From a virus (lineage: Duplodnaviria > Caudoviricetes), in the IMG/VR virus record IMGVR_UViG_3300042270_000651, positions 1 to 64,000 of that record: 64,000 nt of DNA; one strand, given 5' to 3'. Of the stretch, positions 37,959 through 46,794 are shown in pieces. Below the pieces are notes generated by a model, which did not search any database, was not told the origin of the DNA, and was given only the letters and a program-made list of their open reading frames with translations. The stretch's first letter is position 1; every line of letters begins with the position of its first letter. A program made the translations under genes and the position numbers.

Positions 37959-39173
37959 TTATTTGGCCTTCACCTCCTTGATCAGGTCGATAACGCCCTT
38001 TTTTACGGCAGCGTGCGAGACTTCGCGCCCGCCGTCTTGGCCCTCGACCGATTTCGTATTGAAGACGAGCTTCAGCTTCACCTCAAATGCATCTGCGGGC
38101 AACTCGTCCGGCTCAAAGCCGAAGCCAGCCGCGACGAACTTGGCGAACTCGGAGACCTGGTCGAGGGTCGACAGGCCGTTGAAGATCACCACGTCGTCGA
38201 TGCGCCCGTCCCGGTACAGCTCGGCCGGGATGGCATTGCGGTTGTTGCAGGTCATCACGCACAGCACCCGCGACCGGCGCTCGGCCAGCCACCACAGCAG
38301 CTGCGACAGCATGGTCGTGGTCGTGCCGCTGTCGCCGCTGCCCGTCCCCTTCGAGAAAATCTTCTCGATCTCGTCGAACAGGGCGACGCAAGGCTCCTCG
38401 TGATCGAGCTGGGACAGCGCGGCGGTCATGTTCTGCTCGGACTCGCCCACGTACTTGTTGCGCATCCCACCGATGTCGACGCGGTAGAGCGGGATACCCC
38501 ACTGCTGGGCGATCCACTTGGCGCCCTCGGTCTTGCCGGTGCCGGGGATGCCGCCGAACATCAGGCCGCGCGGGACCAGCCGCAGGTCCTCCTCGTGCAG
38601 GAAGAACGGGCCTTCCCGCTCGACCCACTCCAGGAGCCCCTGGGGCGGCGCGTAGTGCGTCTGGGACGTGTCCACCAGCGTGATGCCCCGCGAGCCCCGG
38701 AACGCCGTCTTGCGGCTCACCATGAGCCCTTCGGGGGTCAGGGACTTGTCCCGTGCCATGGTCAGGCGGATGAACTCCACCGAGTCCTTCATGGTGCAGC
38801 CACCCAGCGTGGGCAACAGCTTGTCCACCGTGGCCTCGTCGTCGAAGACCTCCATCAGCTGGGACTTCAGCAGGTCCTTGGGCACGGGCATCTCGCCGGC
38901 CGGGAACAGCATGTCGCTGGCGATGGGCGAGTTGGCCACCACGATGCTGCTCTCGGCCTTCACCATCAGGTCGTAGAGCTTGTCGTAGCGCAGCGGCTGC
39001 TTGCCGTCGGCGATGTAGTAGTACAGCTCGTTTGGCGCGGCATTGGTATTGCTGCCCGACCACCTGCGAGGCTTCTTGCCGGTAACGTGGTGCAAGATCA
39101 GCGGCATATTCAGGGGGTCGGACGTGGTCACCCCGATGAGCGGGATGCCCGCCTTCACGGCGAGTTTCAGCAT
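37959..39173 (-). CDS. AAA+ ATPase
   Basis: GIPGTGKT, YVGESE, FDEIEK and PAELYRDGRID motifs. Confidence 0.9.
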   Translation of the reverse strand: MLKLAVKAGIPLIGVTTSDPLNMPLILHHVTGKKPRRWSGSNTNAAPNELYYYIADGKQPLRYDKLYDLMVKAESSIVVANSPIASDMLFPAGEMPVPKDLLKSQLMEVFDDEATVDKLLPTLGGCTMKDSVEFIRLTMARDKSLTPEGLMVSRKTAFRGSRGITLVDTSQTHYAPPQGLLEWVEREGPFFLHEEDLRLVPRGLMFGGIPGTGKTEGAKWIAQQWGIPLYRVDIGGMRNKYVGESEQNMTAALSQLDHEEPCVALFDEIEKIFSKGTGSGDSGTTTTMLSQLLWWLAERRSRVLCVMTCNNRNAIPAELYRDGRIDDVVIFNGLSTLDQVSEFAKFVAAGFGFEPDELPADAFEVKLKLVFNTKSVEGQDGGREVSHAAVKKGVIDLIKEVKAK

Positions 39174-39228
39174 CGCGTGTCTCCTTCGATGTGAAATTGA
39201 TTGCAGGTGGGGGCAGAAGCCCCCCGCC

Positions 39229-39525
39229 TCACAGGCCCAGCTGAACCCTGCGGGCTTTCCGGGCAGCCTCAAGAGCCCGCTTCTCGGTCGGATAGCCCTG
39301 GGTGTCGATGCGCTCCCGCTTCCACTGCTGGATGCCATCCGGGGTGGTGCCGATCAGGACCGACTTGTCAGCCAGGACGTAGAACTTACTGTCACGGCCC
39401 CGGACGATCATGCCGAAGTCGCACGCGGCAACTCCGCCCCCGGCGGGCGGGGTGCGGTCGGTCAAACGCAGATAGCGGACGGTGCCGTTGAACACGGGCT
39501 TGGCGGTGAGGTTCAGATTGGCCAT
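39229..39525 (-). CDS. Hypothetical protein
   Basis: MANLNLTAK with AAGGAGG RBS. Confidence 0.55.
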   Translation of the reverse strand: MANLNLTAKPVFNGTVRYLRLTDRTPPAGGGVAACDFGMIVRGRDSKFYVLADKSVLIGTTPDGIQQWKRERIDTQGYPTEKRALEAARKARRVQLGL

Positions 39526-39656
39526 CGGTGCCCTCCTTGGCTTTGATGGGGTTGGTTGACTCCGGTCAGTCTGACAGGGGAGCGATGGCAGGCAAGAAGA
39601 AAGCGACAGGCTGGACTCCTGCCGCTTCCACCCGGTCTGTGCAATTGCTTGCAGGC

Positions 39657-39887
39657 TTACTGGCAGGCCGCCAGTTGGTCCTTGACCACCGCCATGTCGG
39701 AGAACCACTCGGACAGGCTCTGACACTGCGGGCCCCACTTGCCGTCAGGGGTGACGCAGACCTGGCGGACCTCCTCCTTGGCCTGGTCCGACATGGGCAC
39801 CCAGGCCGGGCACACGCCGGGCGGGGCGCTACTACAGGCGGTCAAGAACGTCGTCAGGGCTACTAGGGCGATTGCGGATCGCATCAC
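39657..39887 (-). CDS. o-spanin-like lipoprotein
   Basis: Lipobox LTAC; overlaps the 3' end of the i-spanin-like gene. Confidence 0.7.
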   Translation of the reverse strand: MMRSAIALVALTTFLTACSSAPPGVCPAWVPMSDQAKEEVRQVCVTPDGKWGPQCQSLSEWFSDMAVVKDQLAACQ

Positions 39888-40029
39888 GCTGCTCCTTCAG
39901 CACTTTGGCTTTTCGTTCGGCTTCGTCCCGCTTCGCGGTGCCGCGCCCCAGGAGGTACAGGACCACGAAGGGAACGAGGGCGGCGAGACCCTTCACCACG
40001 CCGCCCAGCGCCCCCAGGGCTTCCAGCAT
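39832..40029 (-). CDS. i-spanin-like membrane protein
   Basis: N-terminal TM segment plus short coiled coil in the lysis cassette. Confidence 0.6.
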   Translation of the reverse strand: MLEALGALGGVVKGLAALVPFVVLYLLGRGTAKRDEAERKAKVLKEQRDAIRNRPSSPDDVLDRL

Positions 40030-40391
40030 CAGGTCTCGACCTCGGACAGACCCATGCGGGCCTCAATCATGCGCTCCAGCTTGGCACGGCCCTCCGGAGT
40101 GCGCGGGTCCACCTTGAAATGCTTCAAGGCGCCCGGAACACTGTCAGCCACGTAATCGGCGACCTTGGCGACGAACTCGCTCTCCAGTTCGAAACTGATC
40201 TGCCCGTCCGGGCCGGTCATGCGCTTGGTGGCGTAGCCGACGCCCTTCTCGATCATGCTCTCCAGGGCCATCCGCTGCTTGTCGTCGATGTCGAGGCCCA
40301 GGCTCGACGCCACACGCTTGATGCCCCAGCCGGCCAATAGGACCACCAGCGAAACGGCGATCTCCAAAAGCGGGGTGAAATCGACCTCCAT
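40029..40391 (-). CDS. Putative holin
   Basis: N-terminal TM segment; follows endolysin. Confidence 0.55.
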   Translation of the reverse strand: MEVDFTPLLEIAVSLVVLLAGWGIKRVASSLGLDIDDKQRMALESMIEKGVGYATKRMTGPDGQISFELESEFVAKVADYVADSVPGALKHFKVDPRTPEGRAKLERMIEARMGLSEVET

Positions 40392-40410
40392 GTCATCCTC
40401 CTTGGTTGAG

Positions 40411-40962
40411 TCAGGCGTAGGCTCGATTGAGCCAGCCGTCGATGAAGCTCTCGAACTTGGGGCGGGCGATCACCAGTCCTCGGTAATACCCCGCCGCCTC
40501 AGACCGGAAGCCGGTCATCAGGGCCTCCTCGTCGGCGTTGCGCACGGTCTTGAGCGTGATCGGGCCGATGTAACCGTCGTCGGCGATGCGGAAGCCGCAG
40601 GCCCGGCAGGCGCGCTGCAGCAGGCGGTGGGAGCGACGGTTCCCCATGTTGACGGTCAGGTCGAACACCTTGGTGGCCAGAGCCTGGTCCTCGATCTGGT
40701 CGTAGCCGTTCCGGTCCCAGAAGTGGATGCGGTAGAACTCTTCGGCCTGGTCCAGCGTCATCATCTGAATGTCGTGGACGTCCACGTCGCCGTCCTTGTC
40801 AAGATCGCCGTCCAGCCAACCGTCCCCGTCCCAGTCACCGACCCCCTTCAGGAACCGCAGCGAGATGCCGAAGTTGGTCGCGCCGCCGGGGTCGTTGGGG
40901 TGATTGACGAACCCGCCCTCGTGCTTCAGCACCTTGAGGATCGCCTGCTCGAATTGCGCCAT
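40411..40962 (-). CDS. Endolysin, glycoside hydrolase family 108
   Basis: EGGFVNHPNDPGGATNFGI, DGYIGPIT and GWLNRA motifs. Confidence 0.92.
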   Translation of the reverse strand: MAQFEQAILKVLKHEGGFVNHPNDPGGATNFGISLRFLKGVGDWDGDGWLDGDLDKDGDVDVHDIQMMTLDQAEEFYRIHFWDRNGYDQIEDQALATKVFDLTVNMGNRRSHRLLQRACRACGFRIADDGYIGPITLKTVRNADEEALMTGFRSEAAGYYRGLVIARPKFESFIDGWLNRAYA

Positions 40963-40963
40963 G

Positions 40964-41407
40964 TCAGCCTCCTACTTTCATGCGCCAGATGTAGCCGACC
41001 ATGCCGACGCAGACGGTGGCGAGGATCGACAACCCCCAACGCATCCATGTGTCGGCCTTCCGGCGTTGTTCCTGCAGGCGACTCTCTTCCGCCCGTCGGT
41101 GTTCCTGGAACTTGTCGTCTAGGAGCTTTCGTTGCTGGTCAATAGAGCCGGCCAGGGTCTTTTGGACGTCAGAGAAGCCGGTTCGCATTTCCACCCGACT
41201 CTCCTTGAGGTCGGCTCCTTGTTCAGCGACCTTGCCCTCCAGGTTCTTGTACTGAAGTGTCATCACCCGTTCGGCCTCCGCTGCGCGGGCCAAGGCTTCG
41301 GAAGCCTTGGCGGTCGCCTCATCAGCTCGCTGCAGGGCGACGGTGTCGACTGTGAATTGCGCGGCCATTTCGGCAGCACGCCTTTCCACGTCGTTCGTCT
41401 GCGCCAT
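40964..41407 (-). CDS. Coiled-coil protein with C-terminal TM segment
   Basis: MAQTNDVERR...WGLSILATVCVGMVGYIW. Confidence 0.6.
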   Translation of the reverse strand: MAQTNDVERRAAEMAAQFTVDTVALQRADEATAKASEALARAAEAERVMTLQYKNLEGKVAEQGADLKESRVEMRTGFSDVQKTLAGSIDQQRKLLDDKFQEHRRAEESRLQEQRRKADTWMRWGLSILATVCVGMVGYIWRMKVGG

Positions 41408-41573
41408 CGTCAACCTCCTGTCGGCGTTGCGTCCGAGGCTCCTGCCTCTCTGTAAGAGGCGACCCCAGGGTGGGATCAGGCGCCTCCCTCCAGCGCCGTC
41501 GGACATGGTTCAAATTAGCAGTCCACTGTCGGCCCTCCCAGCGCGTCCGGGCCTGGCGGTTCAAGACTGGCCC

Positions 41574-41605
41574 AACGAAAAGGGGCGCCCACTCGGAGCG
41601 CCCCT
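41574..41605 (-). terminator. Intrinsic terminator after tail genes
   Basis: AGGGGCGC-N9-GCGCCCCT then TTTCGTT; abuts motif copy at 41607. Confidence 0.7.
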
Positions 41606-41626
41606 CTGCAATTGATTTCAGGCGCC

Positions 41627-41962
41627 TCAGTACCGCTCGGCCACCGCCACCCGCAACCCACGGCCGTCGTTCGGGTAGATGTGCAACTGGTCATCGGCGT
41701 CCTTGAACTCGACCTGCACCGCGTACTCGCCCACCTCCGGGAACACCCCGAAGAGGTCCACCCGGCCGTTGGGCATGTCGACTGGGTCCGCCGTCAGCGT
41801 GACCGTCACGCCGCCGCGCACGTCGATGCGACGGGCCTTGGCGGTGAACGAGTTGCAGTTGGTCAGGTCCACCGGGGCGGTGCCCGTGGTGCTGTCCAGG
41901 TTGGTCAGCTGCACGGAAATCGGGGCCGTGCTCCCCATCACCTTGTTGTGGCGTGCTCGCAT
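41627..41962 (-). CDS. BppU-like Ig-fold virion protein
   Basis: PVDLT...G.V...GEYAVQVEF...IYPNDG pattern. Confidence 0.6.
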   Translation of the reverse strand: MRARHNKVMGSTAPISVQLTNLDSTTGTAPVDLTNCNSFTAKARRIDVRGGVTVTLTADPVDMPNGRVDLFGVFPEVGEYAVQVEFKDADDQLHIYPNDGRGLRVAVAERY

Positions 41963-43398
41963 CAGATCACCCTCGCTCCGACGGTTCCAGCAATTGCTCT
42001 CACGGCGACCTGCTTGTCCTCCAGGCCCGGCCCAGGCTTGAAGCCCAGCACCTTCATGCGGCCCTTGGAGGACAGGCTGGCCTTGCCCTTGAAGATGACC
42101 ACCACGTCCAGGCCGCCTTCACCAGCCGTGCCCTGCCCGCCTTCGGCGTTGAGCGAGGCTCGGCCCCGGAACAGCACGCTCGGATCGGGGGTCACCGTGG
42201 CGCGGTCGTCGACGAGGTGGATTTCCTCGACCGGGAACGCCTTCGTGGTGGACGTGACCTCCAGCTGCGCCGCGCCGCCCGCGATGATGCGGCTGAAGTG
42301 CCCCAGGGTCGCCACGCCATGCAGGGGCGTCTCGCCCAGGCGCAGGCGATCACCGACGACCAGCTCGGAGCCGGTGGAGGCCATCGACACGCTTGTGCGG
42401 TACAGCACCTCCGCGCGCACCGTCATGGAGCTGGTCGCGTCCAGGCGGGCCGGCAGGGAGGTCAGCAGCTCCGTCTCCGACGTGCCCGCGAGCGTCACCG
42501 CGCCGCCGGCCGTCAGCTTGCCCGACACGTCCATCTGGCCGGTGGTGTCGAAGGCCGCCGTGCTGTCCAGGTTCCGCTTGGCCGTTGCCCCCAGCGTGAC
42601 GTCGCCGGACACGGCCAGGTCGCCGTAGCGGTAGCGCAGGCCGTCGGCGGCGACCGACAGCTGCCCGTCGAACCAGGCGTTGGCCAGGCGGTCGCGGTGG
42701 CCGTCGATCTGCACGGTCGCCACGCCGTCGAGCGGCTGGGCGGTGTCCCGGCGGATGACGGTCGGGCGCAGCGTGGTGGTGGACGTGCCGTCCATGAACA
42801 CCTGATTGCCCGCCACGCAGGTGATCCCGGCCTCGCCCGCCAGGGTCGCCGACCCCAGGAACATTTTGACCGGGTGGGCATCCAGCTGGGCGGTGCCAGT
42901 GAGCGTGGCCCGGCCCACGTACAGGCCGTAGGACAGCACCATTTCGGAGCCGCTGCCGTCCAGCGTGGCAGAGAACGGCTTGATGACGCCGCCCAGCGTG
43001 GTGAGCGAGGCCCCACCGCCGAGGGCCGCCACCGACCGCTGGACGCGAATGGGTGCTGCCGGGAGTGCCGCGTCACCCTGGAGAGCGACACTGGCCGAGG
43101 ATACCTTCCACGGCTCCAGGGTGGTCTCGGAGGAGACGTCGAGGGATGCGGCACCCCCGGCAACCTCGTAGACACCGCGCGCACTCACCGACGCGGACCC
43201 GGCCAGCGTGGCCTTGCCCGAGGCGATGGCGTGGCTGCCGCCGGTCATGGCGGCTGCTGCGGTGCCATCCAGGGACGCCACGCCCCAGGAGACCACGCTT
43301 GCAACGACCGCGACCGACGCTGAAGCCTTCAGGGTCGCTCCGAACTTCTCGCCGACGGACGTGAAGGTCGTTGACAGGAACGGACTACCAGTGAACAT
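41962..43398 (-). CDS. Ala/Gly/Thr-rich repetitive tail fibre-like protein
   Basis: Recurrent A.L.G.A.L beta-type repeats within tail module. Confidence 0.6.
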   Translation of the reverse strand: MFTGSPFLSTTFTSVGEKFGATLKASASVAVVASVVSWGVASLDGTAAAAMTGGSHAIASGKATLAGSASVSARGVYEVAGGAASLDVSSETTLEPWKVSSASVALQGDAALPAAPIRVQRSVAALGGGASLTTLGGVIKPFSATLDGSGSEMVLSYGLYVGRATLTGTAQLDAHPVKMFLGSATLAGEAGITCVAGNQVFMDGTSTTTLRPTVIRRDTAQPLDGVATVQIDGHRDRLANAWFDGQLSVAADGLRYRYGDLAVSGDVTLGATAKRNLDSTAAFDTTGQMDVSGKLTAGGAVTLAGTSETELLTSLPARLDATSSMTVRAEVLYRTSVSMASTGSELVVGDRLRLGETPLHGVATLGHFSRIIAGGAAQLEVTSTTKAFPVEEIHLVDDRATVTPDPSVLFRGRASLNAEGGQGTAGEGGLDVVVIFKGKASLSSKGRMKVLGFKPGPGLEDKQVAVRAIAGTVGARVI

Positions 43399-43422
43399 GG
43401 CGCTTTACCCCTGCAATTGATT

Positions 43423-45105
43423 TCACTGTGCCTTGTCGGCGCGGGCCAGCTTCCCGATCTCGGGGAACCAGCACCAGTTGAGGTCGCTCTTGCGGAGGGT
43501 CTTCAGGACGTCGTCGACGGTCTCGACCAGCGGCTCGCCGCCCAGGTTGAAGGACGTGTTCATCACGATGGGCACGCTGGTCTTCTTCTCGAAGGCAGCG
43601 ATCACGTCGTAGTAGTGCGGGTTCTGCTCGCGCGTCAGCGTCTGCACGCGGCAGGTGCCGTCCACATGCGTGATAGCGGGGATGGCCGCGCGCCGACCCT
43701 CGTGCACGTCCACGGCCATCATCATGTACGGGCTCTCCTCCATGCCCGCCAGCTCGAACCACTCGTCCGCCTTCTCGGCCAGGACGGTGCCGGCGAACGG
43801 GCGGAACCACTCCCGCTTCTTCACCGCGTTCACCCGGTCCTTGCCGTCGTCGGGGCGCGGGTCCGACAGGATGGAACGGTTGCCCAGCGCACGCGGCCCC
43901 GCTTCCGACCGGCCCTGGAAGATGGTCACCAGCTCGCCGTCGGCGATCATCTGCGCGATGCCTTCGGCGTTGGCGTCCACCACCTTGTCGAAGCCCGACA
44001 GGTCGTAGGTTTCGGGGTCCTGCTCGGGGCCCAGGTACAGGCTGGTCAGCTTGCCGCCGGGCAGGCAGCCCCGGCAGCGGGCGGCGTGCAGGTTGGCCCA
44101 GGCCATGTAGGCCGCGCCCATGGCGGTGCCGCCGTCGTAGGCCAGCGGCTCGAACCACAGGTCCAGGTCCGGGAACCGCTTGGCGAACTCGTAGTTGGCC
44201 ACGCAGTTCAGGCCGTAGCCGCCAGCGATCACCACCTGCTTCTTGCCGGTCATCTCGACCGCCTTCTCGATCAGCCGCATCACGGCCGCCTCGGTGACGG
44301 ACTGGATGCGCGAGGCGACCTCCTTGCAGTGGTCCTCGTTGTTCGGGTCCAGCCCCTCGACGTCGAGGAAGGCGCCGGCCGGGTATGCGTTGCGGAACAC
44401 GTCGCGGCTGAACCGCCCGTCCCGGTACATGCCCGACAGCTGGGACACCTTGCACAGCGCCGCGCCGTAGGGCGCCAGCCCCATGGTCTTACCCGCCTCG
44501 ATGAAGTGCCACCCGCAGAACGCCGTGGCCGCCTCGTAGGCTTTCACGATGCCGACGCGGTCCTCGACGACCACGTTTTCTTCCCCGGCGGGGCCTTCCA
44601 GCCGGTTGGTGCCCAGCCGCTGCCAGGTGACCTTCATGTCGTTCAAGGACGCGCAGTCAATGATGGACTCGGTCTCGAACGCCACGGAGCCATCCGACAG
44701 CTGGTGCGCCGCGCCGGAGCCATCCACGATCACCGCCACGGCCTGATCGAAGCCGGAGTGCCGGTAGGCGCAGGCGGCGTGGGTGAGGTGGTGCATGGAC
44801 GCCAGCGAGACGACCTGGAACTCCCACTCGGGGCGCAGCTTGCGGACCAGGGCCTCGAACACGCCGTCGCCGCGCCAGGGCAGCGAGCCGCTCTCCCCGC
44901 CGTGGGTGCCGACGACCGCGAGGACGTCCAGGTGGTCGACCGTGTCGATGGCCTGCATCAACGCGGCCATGGGCGCTCCGTCGCGCTTCACGCGGGACAG
45001 GCGCTCCTCCTCGACGTACAGCGTCAGCTCCCCGTCAACGACGACGGCGACGGAGCTGTTGTGGCCGGGGTTGATGCCGATGGTGACGATGCTCTTGTCT
45101 TCCAC
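43423..45105 (-). CDS. Carbamoyltransferase (NodU/CmcH family)
   Basis: GHNSS..EEERLSRVKRD, HHLTHA, GKTMGLAPYG, GPRALGNRSIL and NTSFN motifs. Confidence 0.95.
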   Translation of the reverse strand: MEDKSIVTIGINPGHNSSVAVVVDGELTLYVEEERLSRVKRDGAPMAALMQAIDTVDHLDVLAVVGTHGGESGSLPWRGDGVFEALVRKLRPEWEFQVVSLASMHHLTHAACAYRHSGFDQAVAVIVDGSGAAHQLSDGSVAFETESIIDCASLNDMKVTWQRLGTNRLEGPAGEENVVVEDRVGIVKAYEAATAFCGWHFIEAGKTMGLAPYGAALCKVSQLSGMYRDGRFSRDVFRNAYPAGAFLDVEGLDPNNEDHCKEVASRIQSVTEAAVMRLIEKAVEMTGKKQVVIAGGYGLNCVANYEFAKRFPDLDLWFEPLAYDGGTAMGAAYMAWANLHAARCRGCLPGGKLTSLYLGPEQDPETYDLSGFDKVVDANAEGIAQMIADGELVTIFQGRSEAGPRALGNRSILSDPRPDDGKDRVNAVKKREWFRPFAGTVLAEKADEWFELAGMEESPYMMMAVDVHEGRRAAIPAITHVDGTCRVQTLTREQNPHYYDVIAAFEKKTSVPIVMNTSFNLGGEPLVETVDDVLKTLRKSDLNWCWFPEIGKLARADKAQ

Positions 45106-45116
45106 GTCGGCCTCCC

Positions 45117-46142
45117 TCAACCGTGCGTCGGGCAGCAAGACTGCTGCGGCTGCTGCAGGGCCTGCATCTGGTCGGGCGACGGCGCCTTGCCCTTGGGCTG
45201 GTTGGCGCGCTTCGCAATGTCCTTCTTGATCTTGGACACCAGCCCGTCGACCTCGTTGGGCGTGAAGGCCATCGTCTTGTCGTTGATGCGGTCAGCCTCC
45301 TCGCAGCCCATCATGCAGATGCGGATGGGGGAGTACACCTTGGGCACACCCTCGCGCTCCAGCACCTGGAAGTGCTTCGGGTAGGTGATGTTCTCCTTGA
45401 ACGTCGAGCCAAGGATCACCGTGCCGGGCACGCCGAACGAGTAGGCGAAGTGCTGGGCGGCGCTGTCGCAGCCGATGAAGTAATCCGCGGCCTCGATGAC
45501 GGCCATCCACTGGCGGATGTTCAGGCCGGTGGGGGCCACCACGCCGTCGGGCTGCTGGAACTGGTGCTCGCCCATGTAGATGACGGTGTTGTCCTTGGCG
45601 AGCGCCTTCACCATGCGCTGGTAGACGTCGATCTCCAGCGACCGCGAGGACGGGTCCACCACCAGGCCGTGCTGGTTCTGCGAGGACCGGCCGAACGGGT
45701 TGACCACGATCACGCGGTCCTTCTGGCAGTAGCCCCGCGCCTGCTGCAGCACCACCTGGGCCGCCGCCTCCTCGGCCTTGGACAGGTGCAGGTTCAGCTT
45801 GGGCTCCACCGGCCCGGCGCTGCCGCACAGCAACTGGCGGAACGCCTGGGGCAGGTTGTGCTTCTGGTTCATGTAGCCCAGCTCGCGGTACGGCTCCGGC
45901 GACAGAGTTTCGCGGTGCCGGATTTCGCGCTCGAACAGCCCCTTCGTGTCGGGGTGGAACGCGATGGCCTGAAGCTCGGGGTGCCCCAGGAAGACCTCCA
46001 TGCCGCTCTCGCAGACGATGATGAGGTCGGTCGTCTTGTGCAGCTCCTCCAGAGCCGGAATGGCGCAGACCACGCGCCCGATGCCGCCATTGACGAACAC
46101 CGCCACCTTGCGGCGGCTGATCTCGGTCGAAGTGCCAGTCAT
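45117..46142 (-). CDS. GT9-like (heptosyltransferase-fold) glycosyltransferase
   Basis: NGGIGRVVCAIPAL and ADYFIGCDSAAQHFAY motifs. Confidence 0.8.
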   Translation of the reverse strand: MTGTSTEISRRKVAVFVNGGIGRVVCAIPALEELHKTTDLIIVCESGMEVFLGHPELQAIAFHPDTKGLFEREIRHRETLSPEPYRELGYMNQKHNLPQAFRQLLCGSAGPVEPKLNLHLSKAEEAAAQVVLQQARGYCQKDRVIVVNPFGRSSQNQHGLVVDPSSRSLEIDVYQRMVKALAKDNTVIYMGEHQFQQPDGVVAPTGLNIRQWMAVIEAADYFIGCDSAAQHFAYSFGVPGTVILGSTFKENITYPKHFQVLEREGVPKVYSPIRICMMGCEEADRINDKTMAFTPNEVDGLVSKIKKDIAKRANQPKGKAPSPDQMQALQQPQQSCCPTHG

Positions 46143-46255
46143 GTGTCGCTCCTTCAGCTGGCTCCTCAAAGGAAATGGGGGGCCCTTCGACCCCCCACCC
46201 ACTTTACACGTCTGGTGCCCTGGGACACCTGCAACTGATTGCAGCGGTGCGATCC

Positions 46256-46474
46256 TTACACCGACGGCTCGCCGATCACCGTCACCCACTGCTTGGTCGT
46301 CTCAAGGACATGGGCCAAGTCCCCGGTCAGGGCGGTCTCGGCGTACTCGTCCATTTCCAGGCGGGTGACGCCGGCCGCGCGCAGGGCCGCACGGACTCGA
46401 CCGACAATGTCGCGGCGTTCGTCGCAGCCGATCAGGTCCACCTCAACGGCGGGGTACTTCACAGTCTCAGCCAT
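46256..46474 (-). CDS. Small phage protein
   Basis: KYP.V.V.L.G...IVGRV..AL..AG pattern. Confidence 0.6.
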   Translation of the reverse strand: MAETVKYPAVEVDLIGCDERRDIVGRVRAALRAAGVTRLEMDEYAETALTGDLAHVLETTKQWVTVIGEPSV

Positions 46475-46488
46475 GGTCTCTTCCTCCG

Positions 46489-46794
46489 TTACGGCTGGGT
46501 TTCTTCAGCATCGGGTTCCGGCTCGGGGTCCGGGGGCATCGGGTGATAGACCCCTTCATACTCGTCCCAAACCCAATGCTCGTTCGGCGGCAGGTACGTG
46601 TTGCTCACCACGTCGTAGATGAAGCCGTCCCGGACCCACGGCGGGCACTCGAACCACTCGATGCTCGGGTGAAAGCGCCCTTCCGGGTCAGCGTGACGAA
46701 CCTCGGCCACGACGACGTCACCAACCTCGTCCTGCTCGTTGTGCCGGCAAAACATGCTGCCGGGCAGGGGGGTAGCAAGGCGATACACGGTCAT
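46489..46794 (-). CDS. Tail fibre-associated small protein
   Basis: GRFHPSIEWFECP..V..G.IYD; coupled to fibre gene. Confidence 0.6.
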   Translation of the reverse strand: MTVYRLATPLPGSMFCRHNEQDEVGDVVVAEVRHADPEGRFHPSIEWFECPPWVRDGFIYDVVSNTYLPPNEHWVWDEYEGVYHPMPPDPEPEPDAEETQP

